A DNA stretch of 64,000 nt. Source: Cyanophora paradoxa CCMP329. Lineage: Eukaryota; Plantae; Glaucophyta. The stretch is from the NCBI GenBank assembly GCA_004431415.1, contig QPMI01000494.1, positions 186,001-250,000 on the forward strand. The letters are read 5' to 3'. The notes under the pieces are model-generated. The model worked only from the letters and a program-made list of their open reading frames with translations, made no database searches and was not told where the DNA came from. This document shows, piece after piece, positions 40,083 to 52,875 of the stretch (positions are counted from its first letter, which is position 1; every line of letters begins with the position of its first letter). A program made the position numbers and the translations under genes.

Positions 40083-43000
40083 GCCGCCGCCCCCCGCGGA
40101 TCGCTCCGCCGGCCGGGCCGGGGGCGAGCTCGAGCTCGCGGCGTCCGAGGGGGCGCGGGCCTCGAGCTCCTCCTCCTCCGCCTCGGGGGGCGCCAGCAGC
40201 GGCGCGGAGAGCCGTACCCCCGGGGGGCCGGCTTCCTCGAGGCGGACGTCACGGGGGTCCACGGTCCGCGCCGGCGCCGGCGCAGCGAGGCCGAGCTGGT
40301 AGGCCCCCGCCGGCGCCAGGGAAGAGGCGGCGTCGGAGAAGGACGAGGCGACCGACGGCGCCGGCGATTTGAAGGGCGGGGCGGGGGCGGGGGGCGGGAA
40401 GAGGGCGGCGCGGGCGGCGGCGGCGGAGGGGTAGCGGTCGGCGACGTCGCGGCGGAGCATGCGGGCGAGGGCGGCGCCCAGATCGCCCCCGAAGTCGGCC
40501 TCGGGCGCTGCGGCGCGGGAGTGTGAAGAGGAGAACGAGGCGGGAAACAGGGCGGGGCGGGGCGGGGCGGGGCGGGGCGGACAGCGGGCCGGGGTCCAGT
40601 CGACGAAGAACTCGAGCGCCGGCCGCCGCTTCGTCATCATCTCCACGCAGGTCGCCGCCAGGCTGCGCGCGGCCGGCCCCGAACCTCTCAGCCGCGCCCC
40701 GCAGCGCCCAGGGGCGCCCCGGCGCTAGCGCTCGCCTGTAGAGGTCGGAGGAGGGCGTGGGGCGCCCGGCGCGCTGCTCGGGGTCGGCGTAGGCGTAGGT
40801 CCCGATCTCGGTCGCCTGGTCCAGATCCGGCCGCCGCGTCGTCGAGAGCCCGAAGTCCACCAGGTAGTAGCGCCCGTCCTCCCCCGCGATCAAATTCGAC
40901 GGCTTCACCTGAGCCGCCGGTGACGGGGTACGGGGTGCCGGAGGGGGTACGTAAACGCACGTCCCTGTGGATGACGCCGCGCTCGTGCACGTACGCGAGG
41001 GCTCCTAGGAGGTCGTCCAGGAGCCGCAGCACCTTACCCGGGGGGTAAGGGAGGGGGAAGAGGAGGGGGTAGCGGTCGCACCTCGCTGCGGGGGTACGGG
41101 TGCACGCGGGCGCGGAGGGCGCGCTGCAGGTCCTGCCCCTTCACCTCCGCCATCGCGTGGTACCTGGGGGGTACCGCGTCGGCGGGCGCAGGGGGGTAAG
41201 CGGACGGCGGGCGGGGGCGCACATGTCCTGCATCCACACGAAGGAGCCAAGGAGCTGCCGGGAGGGAGGGAGGGGGGTAAGCGCCGAAACATGGGGGGGG
41301 GGAAGAAGGGGGGGTAGAAGGGGGCGGGGTGGCGTGCCTTCGGAATCCGTGGGTGGTCCAGGAGCTCGAGGGTTCGGCCCTGAGGGGGGTACCGGTCTCG
41401 GTCGGGGCGGGGGGTACGCGGACGGGCCAGTTCGCACCTCGTCGAGGAAGAGGCGCGCGGCCTTCTCCACGTGCGACTCGTTCGAGGAGCGGTCCAGGAA
41501 CGTGAACTGGGGTACGGGGTTGGCCGGGGGGTACGGGGGTACGTGGGTACGGGAGCGGGGGCGGGCCTTCTTGAGGATGCATGGGCGCTTGGAGAGGAAG
41601 TGCAGATCGACGGCGCGGAACGCCGTGCCGAATTCGCCGCCGCCGACGCGGGCGGCGGGGAAGAAGCGGCGGCTGACGGCGAGCGGGAGGCGGCAGTAGA
41701 CGCACGCCGCCTCCGCCGCCTCGTCCTCCGACCCGCACCCGGGGTTCACCCGCAGACACTTCGTGCAGACGGCCCTGCCGGCGGGCTCCGTGAGGGGAGG
41801 GGTACGGGCGAATCGGGAGGGTGGGTACCGGGCGAAGAGCTCAGGGCAGTCGCGCCGCTGCGTGGCGGCGAGGCTCGCGGCGATGCGAAGCGCGGCGCCG
41901 GCTGCGCCGGCGTGAGCCGGACCCGGGCCGGGCCGGGCCGGGCTGGGCTAGCCTAGCACACGCACCGGGGGCGGGCCGGGGCGCGTCGCCGGGCGCGAGG
42001 GGCTGGGGGGCGCCGCAGGCGGAGCCCGAAGCGGAGGCGGCGGGGGAGGAGGCGGAGAGGGAGGGCGAGGGCGGGGCCTCGCCGCCGCTCCCGCCGGCCG
42101 CGCTGCAGGCGGGCGAGGCGGACTTGCCCTCGGCCTCGGCCAGGGCCCCTGGGCCCAGGGCCCCAGCCGGCAAAGTCCCCCGCAGCGTGTTGCCGTCCGG
42201 GCGCCGGATCGTGATCACTGCGCCGCCGCCCGCCCGCTCGAAAGGGCGGGGGGAGCTCGAGGGGGGAAGGCGGCGGGGGTACCGACCTTCGCGCCCCTCT
42301 GGATCGGTGGCGACGGTGACCTGCGGGGCGCCGGCGCCATGAGAACGAGGCAGCGAAGTCGAAGTCAAAGCGTAAGGCGCGCCTGCAGGCCGCAGTCGCG
42401 CCGGGCGCGGCGGCGGCGCCAGAGGCAGAAGGCGGCGACGGCCAAGGCGGCGATGACCGCCCCGCCCGCCACGCCCCCGGCCGCGAAGATCGCGATCTGG
42501 CGCCCTTCGGGTCGGGCAAAGCAAAGCGAACCGAAGCGAAGCAAAGCAAAGCGAACAGGGCGGGCGCACGCTGGTCCCCGCGCCGGCGGGCGCCTCGACG
42601 ACCACGGGGCGGGCCTCGGAGCCGGCGGCGAAGGTAGGGTCCAGGGCGGCGGGGCCCTCGCGCCCCGCCTGGCCCAGCACCAGGTCGGTCGCCGGCGCCG
42701 CCGCCGCCGGCAGCTCCTCCCCAAGCGCCCCCGTCGTCGCCGCTGGCGCCCCGGCCCGCCGTCAGTCGGGCCCGGGCCGGGGGGCGGGCGCCGAGGGGGT
42801 AGAGGGGCGCGGCGGCGCACCGATGACGATGCGGGGGCCCTTTATGTACTCGATACCCCCCGGGACATTCGTCGCGTACATCTGGGGCGCGGGTCGCGCC
42901 GGGGGACGCGGGGGGGGATACGTATGTATACGGGGGGCGGGGCGGGCCTCGTAGATGCCGGGAGAGGTGGCGGCGGGGGTGAAGTGGATGCGGACGCGGC

Positions 43001-43410
43001 CCTTGGAGCCGTCGACCTGGAAGGGCTTCCCGCAGGCGGCGTCGAGGACGGCTGGAGTGGGCGCAGCGATGCTCCCCAGCGGGGCCGGGCTGCCCCACTT
43101 CTCTGGCGAGGCGGCCGCCCCCGCCGGCGCCCGCAGCAGCTGGCAGATCCGCGCAACCATCCCCGGCACCGCCACCGGCTTCCAGGTCACCTGCGCCGCG
43201 CGATTTGATCCGGGGTTCAGTTTGGCGCCAGCCGGCCCCGCGGACCTGAAAGTAAAGCGAAGAAGCTGTGGAGAGGTCGACTTCGACAGGCGCCCCCGCC
43301 TCGACGGGGCTCGCTGCCGCCCCGCCGGCCAGAGCGCCCGCGGCCGCCGCGAGGACCCACACGCACGCCGCGAGCAGGGCGCGCGCGCCCGAGGCCCGAG
43401 CGAGCGCCAT
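39990..43410 (-). CDS. Receptor-like Ser/Thr kinase: signal peptide, ectodomain, TM helix, CxxC..CxxC zinc ribbon, Pkn2/Spk (cyanobacterial-type) kinase domain, low-complexity tail
   Basis: MALARASGARALLAACVWVLAAAAGALA; TM IAIFAAGGVAGGAVIAALAVAAFCLW-RRRR; in-frame splices to AVCTKCLRVNPGCGSEDEAAEAACVYCRLPL; kinase VGGGEFGTAFRAVDLHFLSKRPCILKK|FTFLD..EKAARLFLDE..LDHPRIPK|LLGSF..IHRD|VKPSNLI..LVDFG..IGTYAYADPEQ..SDLYS|LAAT..ADRYPSA. Confidence 0.88.
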
Positions 43411-44318
43411 CGCCGCTGCTGCGTCGACGTCTCTTCTAGGAACTGCTCGCCTCAGAGAAGCGCAGGGCAGAGCCCGGCGGCAGCTGGGGAATGCGCGTTG
43501 CGCATTGTCAGGTCCGGTTCGTCACACCCGCGAGCTGGGCTCCGCCAACTCCTTACGGGTGCAATGAAGCTTTGTTGGACGGGAGCTCGAGCCGCTGCCG
43601 GCGCCAAGCGGCGGGCTGTGCTTAGAGCTCCGCGCTCGTGCGATCGACCTGCTGCCGTTGCCGCTAGCTATAGCCTAGGCCTGCATCGCTGTCACTGTTG
43701 CCGCAAGCGCGATGAGAAAGGAGATGCGATCCTGCGAACCGAAAGCGCGGCGAGCAGACACGCGTGTCCTTAAGCTTCAGTCTGATTTCACTTCCGCGTT
43801 CGTCCCTTCTTCCCCCCTCCCAGTTCCACTTCTTCCCCCCTCCGGTCCTGAGGCGCGCGTCTGCTGGACGCCCAAATCGCATCTTCTGGGACTCTGGATC
43901 TTGCCGTGCGCGCCCGGCGTGGCCCAGATGCTGCTTTGCCGAGCAGCAGTCCTAGGCCTTGTACCCAGACTGCCAAAAAAAAGCAAGTCTTCCCACGTAC
44001 CCAGCTAGCAAGTGCCCACGCGCGTGTCCAAGATCGAAGATCCCCGGCGTGCCGCGACCTCCTTCGCGCAGCAGCAGCGAGCGACAGTCGGTGGCGAACC
44101 CGATCCGGCGTTAGTCGTCATCAACCCGCAGCGCTAGCCTTGCGCACTCCCCAAAAAGTTTTCCGGGCGCGGTCCGGGCGAGCATCCAAAGTCGTTGGGC
44201 AGATCTATCTGAGAGTCCTTCGCTTCCGTTGGTCCGCGCCCGCCCCGTGCACCGAACCGAAGCTTGCCTCTCGGCCTTACCTTCGTCGCGCAGGAACGTC
44301 GCAGAACTCGCACGAAGG

Positions 44319-46633
44319 ATGCTTTCCGAGCAAAAGGATGGTATTCAAGACGCAAAGGACGCGAGTTCGAACGCGGAGAAGAGCGCGGATGAGCCTTCGA
44401 ACTTGGCGGCAGCGCCCGTGCGCCTCCAGCTCGCGAGCGAGCAGCCGGATCTGTGGGGCTGGGCGCTCGGCGTTCCCTTCGGTGTGAAGAGCGAATCCGT
44501 AGAGAACGAGACCGGCCCGCCGCTCGCCCCTCCGCACGCCGCCGGGCCGGGCCCGCCCCAACCTCCCTTCCCGCCGTGGGCGGCCACGCTGGCGCAGGCC
44601 CAGGCGCTGCAGTTTCCCCTCCTGGCGCCCGGCGGCGCGTCCGACGCGGATCCGATGGCCGCGGTTGCCGCGGCCGCGGCGGCGGCTGTGATGGCGGCCG
44701 GGGCGAGCATCGCGCGTCGCGCCAGCTCCGACCCGACCTCCCCAATGCCGGCGGCGCTCCCGGCGGTGCCGTCCCGCGGGAACCTCGCCGAGCGCTCCCC
44801 TTCCTTCTCGTCCTCCTCCTCCTCGTCCCGCCCCTCGGCCGTCCTCGGGCCCTCCCCGGCGCCCCTCGCCGCCGCCTCCTCGGCCGACGAGGCTGCGGGC
44901 GCCGCGGCGGTCGCCCCGTGGCTCGTCGCGGACGGCGGTTCCATCGCGGCCGCCGCCCTTCGCCTCGCGGCGCGCCTCTCCGCCCAATCCACGATCGGCG
45001 TGCCCGCCTCCTCGTCCGCCCCGCTTCCCGTCCCCTTCGACTTCTCCTCCTTCCCGCCCGGGAGCCTCCCCGCGGCGGCCGCGCCGCGGGCGAGCCGCGA
45101 GCTGCCCCGCCCCTCGCAATCCGCCTCCGCCTCCGCCTCGGGGCCGCCGCACGGCGGCCTCAGCGGCAGCGGCGGCTCGGGAAGCGACCCCGACACGCGC
45201 GGCGCGCCGCTCGCGGCAGGAGGCAGTGGTGGCGGCCTCCGCCTCCGCCGGCCCCGGTCCGCTCCTAGCCTTCCCTTCGCCTTGTTTGTTTCGCCTCTGC
45301 TGACGCCTAGGCCTACGCCTACGCCTTTGCCTTCTTCGCATCCGCGCAGCAATGCCTTCATGATCTTCAGCAACGAGGTACTTGCACCCGTACCCCCCGC
45401 CTCGCCCCCGCCCCCGCCCCGCTCGGCTCAGCTGACCGGGGCCGGGGCGCCCCCGCTCCGCCTTTCTTCGTTCGCAGCACCGGCGGCGCCTTGCGGACGA
45501 GCACCCGGGTATGCTGAACGTGCACGTCTCCAAGATCCTTGGCCAGGTGCCGGCAGGGAGGGCGGGCCGGCCGGCGGGCGCCCGCGCGCTCGCGCCCGCG
45601 CCCCGCCCGCCCCGCCCCGCCCCGCCCCGGCCCGGCCCGCTCTCTTCGGTGCCGGCCGTCCGGCCCCGCCCTGCCCCGCCCCACCCGCCTCGCCCCGCCC
45701 CGCCCCGCCCGCCCCGCCCCGCTCTCTTCGGTGCCGGCCGTCCGGCCCCGCCAATTCTCGACCGGCTCTGCTTCGACCCGGCCGGCTCGGCCCGATGGCT
45801 GGCGCGCCCAAGGGGCGAGCCGCCAGTGGCCATGCGCCGGGGGGCGCAGCCAAGCCCCCTCGGGCCAAACCCCCTCGGGCCCCCTCGGGCCCCCTTTCCT
45901 GGGGGGCGGCCGCCCCCCCGGCGCCGCCCCTCCTTTCTACCGCCCATTCAAATTCGGCTTTCCCCCCTCAATCCCCACCCACCCCCCCATCCCCATATTT
46001 CCGCCGATCGCGTACCCCCCTTTCTCAGATGTGGAAATCTCTACCCGAGGCTGAGCGGGGGCGGTACCGCGCCCTCGAGATGGTAGAGAAGGACGCGTTC
46101 AGGCGCCTGTACCCCAACTACAAATGCGAGCCGTACCCCTTCCCCCCCTGCTCTCCGCTGGTGGTTCGGCCGCGCTGACGCCGTACTTGTACCCCGCAGT
46201 CAAGAACCAGAAGCGCAACAAGAAGAAGCGCAAGGCAAAGGACGCGGGGGACTCGGACGGAGGCGGGGACGCCGAGGGCGCGTCCTCCCCCTCCCCCGAT
46301 CCGGGCTCCAGCGCCGGCAGGCAGGGGGGTACGGGTACCGCCCTCCAGCCGATCGCGAAGGCCGCCCCTCCCCCGGCGCCGGCCCCCCCGGCGGCCCCTT
46401 CGGCGGCCCCCGAGGCCCCACTGAACCTTCCGAGCCTGGTGGGATTGATCCCGCTCTCCGATTACCCCGGCGCCCACCCGTCCGACGGCCACCCCCCCGG
46501 CTGGCCCTACCTGCCCGTACCCCCCCTTCCCAGCCCGTTCCCCAGCCTACCCTCTCTGGGGCTCCTGGACCCCTCCTTCGCCTCCGAGGAGCCCAACCTT
46601 CCGGAGTACCCCCCTCGCGACCGGCAGGAGTAA
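44319..46633 (+). CDS. Sequence-specific HMG-box transcription factor (MATA_HMG/ROX1/SOX-like)
   Basis: Spliced RRPR|NAFMIFSNE|HRRRLADEHPGMLNVHVSKILGQ|MWKSLPEAERGRYRALEMVEKDAFRRLYPNYKF|KNQKRNKKKRK (basic tail/NLS); flanked by Ala/Ser/Pro-rich regions. Confidence 0.9.
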
Positions 46634-47639
46634 GGCTGCACGCGGGCTCGGCACCCCCCCCCCCCTCTCCCCCCCTTCCGATCTTCCCCCGGGCCCCCCG
46701 CTCTTGGAATTCCCATCCGATCTCCCCCGTCCGACCTTCGACCCGGACACCAATTTTCGGGCCAGCCGTAGTTCCAGACGAGTTGGACCCTCTTGAGTTT
46801 TGACAAGAACTTTTTTCTTGTATTTTTGCTGTTTCTGTACAGCTTTCGCTTCCGAGAAGAGCGTAGATAGCTTTCAAGAAGAACGTAGAACTCAGAACGT
46901 AGCTACAGACAGATATCACAGAACTAGTATAGTGCTTTAAGCCGGACTACAGTTGCTCATTTGCGTTCCCCGTAGCTAATCGCATCGCGATCGTATTGGC
47001 GCTGTTCGACAGATTCAGTTTTGTTGTGCAATACCTGTACGTATACCTTCTCTCTTGCTGAAAGCAGTTCATTATTTCCGAATCCGGATTTAGTTTTGGA
47101 GTTAGCTGGAAAGAACGATGCCACATGAGTTGTGTTTTAATTTGTAGATTCTTTTCGCTGAGAAATGTATGCAGGCTGCATACGCAGATGATGCTTGACA
47201 TAGAATTAAAAGTGAATGCTAACAGGATAGTACTCAAGCGCTCATTTATTTCAATATTGCAGCTGCAGTTAATGTGGTGATCACAGTGTATACGTACGTC
47301 ATGATCATGATCATGCATATATCGCTTCGTTGCCCGCGGGCGCCCGCCCGCATTGCCAAGTTGCCATGCCCGCGGCCCCCGGGCCCTCGAGCTCTCAAGA
47401 GTTCCGAAGTTCCCCCCCCCCCCCCCCCCCCCCCCCCCCACTCGCCCTGTCAAGACTCCTGCCGGCGCCACCCCTGGGGTGGGTTGTTATATACTTAACA
47501 TAAGTTGCTGCTGCTGCTTTACTGCATGCTTCTGCTTTACTGCTGCAGCTGGCAAAGGAATTTTCGAAATCCGCTTTCTAGATCTAGAACTGCTCGGAAT
47601 CGAATTTACTGTACATCTCCGGCGCGTCGGTGGCAGGCT

Positions 47640-47694
47640 GCAGCTTGTCAGGGGCGCTAGCCGTGGGTCGCAGTAGGAGCCGCTCCGGGCCCCC

Positions 47695-47729
<35 letters not shown>

Positions 47730-50700
47730 TGGGGCCGGCACGGGCGCCCCGCGCCGCCTGCCTCGCCTTCCGCCCCGCGTTCCCGACTGCGTGCGGCGCG
47801 CTCAGATCAGATCAGATCAGATCTGATCTGATCTGAGGGACGGGGTACGCACGGAGGCCGTGGTCCCGGCGGATGTGGTGCGGGGCGACGTCCTCCGCCC
47901 CCTCCGCCCGCGTCGCCTCCCCCTGCCCCCACCTCAGATCAGATCTGATCTGGTCTGATCTGAGGTTTCTGATCCGGGGTACGGGCACCTCCCAGGCCAC
48001 CTCGGGGCCGAGGGCCTGACCGGCGAAGCCCTCCTCCAGCAGTAGCTCAAGCCTCACCTGATCATGACGCGGACGCATTGAATCAGAAATTAAATCAGAA
48101 CGAGGGGGAAGAGGGGGGGTATGAATGCCTGGCCGCTGTCGACGCCCTTGAGAGGGTACCAGCGCGCGTCGGCTTTCCCCACGCGCAGCTCCGCCAGGTC
48201 GATCTGACATTTTTCGGTGCCTCAGTTTAGTACGCCGGATCCGGAGGGGCCGGGGGTACGGGGCGGACGTGGCAGTCGCCGAGCGAGCGGTTGGGGCCGA
48301 ATCGGTTGAAGTCGAAGACCTGCGGGGGCGCAGGGCATGCCGGGTCATGATCGATATCAGGCGCCAAATAAAGCAGCGGCAATAGCGGAACGGAGAAGCT
48401 CTTTCTCTAAACTCTGAAAAGGCCAGGCCTAGGGGACCGTGGCGGAGGGGCCGAATAAATAGAATCCATTAGATAAATAGAATGCATTTACCTCGGGCTT
48501 CAGCTTCTTAACCTCTTACATTATATTTCTCATAGTTATGTGAGAGAAACGCACCCGGACCATGAGATCCACGGGCCAGCCGGTCGTCTCGTCGATCCGG
48601 AACCTGCGCATGCGCCCGCGCACGCTCGGGCCCTTGAATCGCCGAAGCTCAAGGGGCGAGTTCGACGGCCCCCTTAAGTCACCCCTCGCGCGCGGCGAGT
48701 TCGACGAAGCTTGAGGCCTAGGAAGCTTACGCAGACTACGGGCCGTGCCCGGGCTTCTTAGGAGACGAGCTGAGGGAAGCTTAAGCGGGAGAGGGACGCG
48801 CGGCCGGCTACGCCCAAATAAATTGGAAATACACCTCAGGCTTCGAGGTCTTGATGCTTCTTAACCTCTTATAAAGATTTCCTAGGCCTTCTGTGTTTCG
48901 GGATCCTTATAATCAACATCCGTCTCGTTCACGTCGTTCGGCGGCGCCGCGTACCGGACGCGCTCGTCCCATGCGGGGTCCCGGGTCCAGGAGGCCAAAC
49001 AGGAACTTTAATTATTTACCCCGGGCTTCGAATTCTTGAAGCTTCTTGACCTCTTACATATCTTGAGCTTATAGAAATCCAGATTTCTCAACCTTTTCTC
49101 ATCTCGGGCTCCTTTAAATCAAGACCCGCGGGGCCGCCGGGCTCGTTGTTCGGCGGGCGGGGCGCGGCGCACCGCACGCGCTCGTCCCAGGCGGGGCTGC
49201 AGTCCGCCGCCACCGCCGCCGTCCGGTGCCGCTGCTGCCCCAGCTGCGCGCCCCCCAGCTGCGTTAGCCTGCTCCCCGCAAAAACGTTGAACGATCGCGA
49301 GGCGTGAAATGTGAAATTCGAGCTCAGAAGCCGCTTGCAGAGAGGTCAAGCCCCTTCTTGGGAGGGCGGCGCCGGCACCTTCAGGACGCAGTATATAATT
49401 AGGCAGGAGGCAGAAACCGCATTCAATTTGAGCTTATGTAATTAGAAGCCGCCTGCAAATCAAAGCTTAAGAAGCCGCTTTCTGGGAGGGCGGCACCTTC
49501 AGTAGGCAGAAGGCATCACTCTCGCCTGCGCGCGAGAATGTTAATTAAGCAAGCTCAAGGGCGGCGTAGGGCGCTCTGGACTGGAGCGGCCCGCCTGGAC
49601 GAGCTCGCGCTATATAAGCTTAACTGAAGCTTATATAATTAGAAGCTAACCGCTTAATATGAGCTTGTATAATCAGAGGCCGCCTGCAAATCAAAACGAA
49701 CTTGGACTATATAAGCTTAACTGAAGCTTATGTAATTAAAAGCCGCTCATTATAATAAGAATCAAATCAGAACCGGACTGAACTGAAGCGGTCCGCCTGG
49801 ACGAGGTCGCGGCCGGCGGCGACGCGGACGTGCAGCACGCCCCGCAGCTGCCGCGCCCCCGCCGCGGGGTCCCCTGAGACCCGCCGGCGTGCGAATAAGC
49901 TCGAGTATAACCTTGTAGATGCTCCAAGACGCCCCTATAACCTTGTAATTTATAATTAAGCTTCTAGATGCGCAGCTGCCGCGCCCCCGCCGCGGAGTCG
50001 CCTGCCCGTCCAGAGGGCGACGCGATCAGACCCGTCGACGTGCAAATTTGTTAAAGGATATGATCATGAAAGCAAGCTTAAGCTTCAAAAGACTCGATCT
50101 ATATAATTGAACAGCGAATGCTAGCCGTCAAAGAAAATTAAATCGCAGTTGAAGTTGGGAGGCTTCTAGATGCTTGTAGATCTGGTGCAAATCAGGTCCG
50201 CCGACGTGCGAGTTTCAGAGGATATGATCATGAGAGCAAGCTTCGAAAGACTCGAATTAAACAGCGAACTCGAAATATTGTTTTCCCGAAGGCCAGCCGC
50301 AAGGAAATTGAATCGAAGTTGAAGTTGGAAGGCAGAGAACGTAGAATGATGATAGTAATAGAACTCGAAGCGGGCGCACGGATGCTGGGGCCGTAGAGGG
50401 CGATCTCTTTGGGGGAGACGCACGCCCCCCGCGCCGCGTCTGCCACCGCCCCCCGCACCTGAATCGAGGGAAATGCGGAAATTCGGAAATTCGCAGGCGC
50501 GGCGCCGGTGGGGCGGGCGCCGGCGGGGTCCTTATAATTATATAAATTAGCCTTGTACAAATTAGCGCGCTCACCCAGGCGCCCACGGCGGGCAGATCCA
50601 TGAGGTCCAGGTGTCCTGCGGGATTCCGGGGGGAAGGGGGGTACGGTTCAAGAGAGGCGCGGGGGGTACGTGCGCGGCGCGGGGCCGGGGTACGGGCGCG

Positions 50701-52367
50701 CGGAGGGGCCGGATCTCGAGGTCGACGTCGGGTGCCTCCGCGAGGGAGAACCAGAGGGGACCCTTCGCCCAGTCCCTGGGGGGGTACGCGGTTCGTATGG
50801 CGTCCGAAAGGGCGGGGGGGAGGGGGGGGGCGGAGAAGGGGGGAGCACTCGAGGTCGAATCGGAATTTGATCCGCGCGACGGCGCGCAGCGACGTGAGCG
50901 CCGCCTGCGGCGCGGCCGCGGGCCGCGGAAAATTAAATCCTCGAAATTCGAAACGAAGCGCTGGGTGGGGGTACGGCATCTGAGGAGCAGTTCGGGTACC
51001 TCGACGGGTACGCGGACGGAGGAAGCGGGGTCTCGGCCCGGGGGGCCCGCCACGACCTCCAGGCAGACCCGCATCTGGGGTACGTATACAGACCCGCACT
51101 CAGGCCAGGACGGGGGTACGCCATTTTTCCGAGGCGGGGGTACGACGGCGCACGTGGCCGGCGTACAGGAGCTCGGCCTCGATCATGAGGTTCGGCGTGA
51201 AGCTGTCGTGCGCGCGTACCCCCCGCAGCTTCGGCGCCGTCTCCCCCACCTCCACGCTGCGCGCGAGACTTAAGCTTGGTACATAAAAAGTCGACTACGC
51301 ATCGTCTCTTCTAAAGCCAAATTCCCGGGGGGCTTGCGATGGCACTCTTTGATCGTGATGGCTCGCTGGTTCCCCGCACGTGAGATCAAATTTCACTTGC
51401 GCACGTGAGATCAAATTTCAGAGGCGCACGATCCACTCGGGGCGCGAGGAGTCGAGGGCCGGCTGCAGTGCCTCGCGGATCATCGCGTTCAGCTTCGGCC
51501 GGTATCGGTCCCTGCCGCGCGCGCGAGCGGCCCCCGCGCCGGGAGTCATGGAAAGAGAAAGCGAGGCAGGCGCGCGCTCTCCATTTAATATTAATCTGAT
51601 GAGCGGCCGCCTAGTGCTCGGCTCAAGCTTAGAAACCGCACCAGAAGCGCTCGCACGCGACGTTCACAAAGTGCGCCGTCTCTTTCGCTTCCCACTCCTC
51701 CTGCGAAAGTCGAGTTCGAAATTCGCAGACAGCAATAGCGCAAAAATGGCTTTTTCGCGGACCGTCGTGCTCGGCCCAGGGGCGCGGTAGGCGGCGAGGC
51801 GGCTGAACTCGATTTCGCGGCGGCGGTGACGGAAGCGCCGGCGGCGCGCGAAGAGCACTGCGAGCCGGGCCGGGGCGTCCGCAAAAATATCGTTGAAGTC
51901 GCGAAAAACTCATGCGCAGCACGGACCGGCGCCCAGCAGAAGAACTACGGATGTTGCGCTGCCCGGGGCAAAAGCGTCAAAATCAATTAAAGAGCTCGAG
52001 GCAGAACCCTCTGATGTCAATGCATTAAATTGGTCTTCGAATTCGTACCTCGCATCGAAGACGTAACCCAACAAGTAGCAACTGAAGGCGAGCTGCCGCG
52101 CGCGCCTCCGCAGGTCACTCCAGCGCGCGCGGGCGGGATAGAGATCGCATGCAGAGAGCTAAATAGATTACATATGGCGCGTACGGCTGCGGCGCCCCAC
52201 ACGAGGAGGTCCTCATGCTCGGCCGCGTTGAGGGCGTTGATGAGGCGCTGCGCGCGGGGGAGAAGCGCGAGGAGCGCGCGCCGACGCCAGTCCGCCTCGG
52301 CGTGAGGATGCGTCTCCGGAGGCGCGGCGGTGCGCGCTGAGGCTTGGTTTTGCATCGATATGGCCAT
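47640..52367 (-). pseudogene. Degenerate or hypothetical multi-exon gene with internally duplicated exon fragments
   Basis: Exon-like GC-rich patches with splice signals (MAISMQNQ..LVWGAAAVRAI; MRVCLEVVAGPP..; FRIDETTGWPVDLMVR; VRLELLLEEGFAGQALGPEVAWE). A PAWDERVR(Y/C)AAP peptide occurs twice (~48940-48980, ~49160-49195). No continuous frame could be assembled. Confidence 0.3.
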
Positions 52368-52875
52368 GGAGCGCTGCCTTGATCGACGCCCCCCTTATTT
52401 ATTTTGCACGCGAGTAATTTGCAATTCGCCCCCCTTATAATTGACGCACGCGAGATTTCCGCGGCCGAGCCTCGAAGTTCTCTCGAGTATAATTATAACG
52501 CCGGCGCCTCGATCCGGGCGAGCTGCAGCTATATATAGATCTAGAGCTCCTGGTGTTTTGCAAGTTTAACGGCGCGGCATGCGGCCAACCCGGTCCCGCG
52601 GCCAGCGCCGGCGAGCGCGAGGGCTGTGGTGCCGACTCGGCGAGCCGCGGCCGGTGATCATGAGCGGAGCGGTGCCGCGGTTTGGGGCGTCTGACGACCG
52701 GCAGGGCCCGGGGGGCTACAGAACACCAAACGCGACGAGAGGGGACTATTTTTTCATAGCTATATAGGGAAGTACAGTTTCACACAGTGACAGCGATTCA
52801 CGGGCGCGATGGCTGCCTCGGGGCAGAAGAATCGACTCCTGGATCCTGGCTGCGGTCGTACAACCACCCCCGAAA

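Noticed and set aside
40052-40092. (CTG)n(CCG)n triplet repeat
   Set aside because: Simply encodes the poly-Gly/poly-Ser tail of the kinase on the minus strand.
29904-46633. Functional hypoxia module linking the FixL-like PAS and ROX1-like HMG genes
   Set aside because: They are separated by ~12 kb of unrelated housekeeping genes; eukaryotic neighbourhood alone gives no support.
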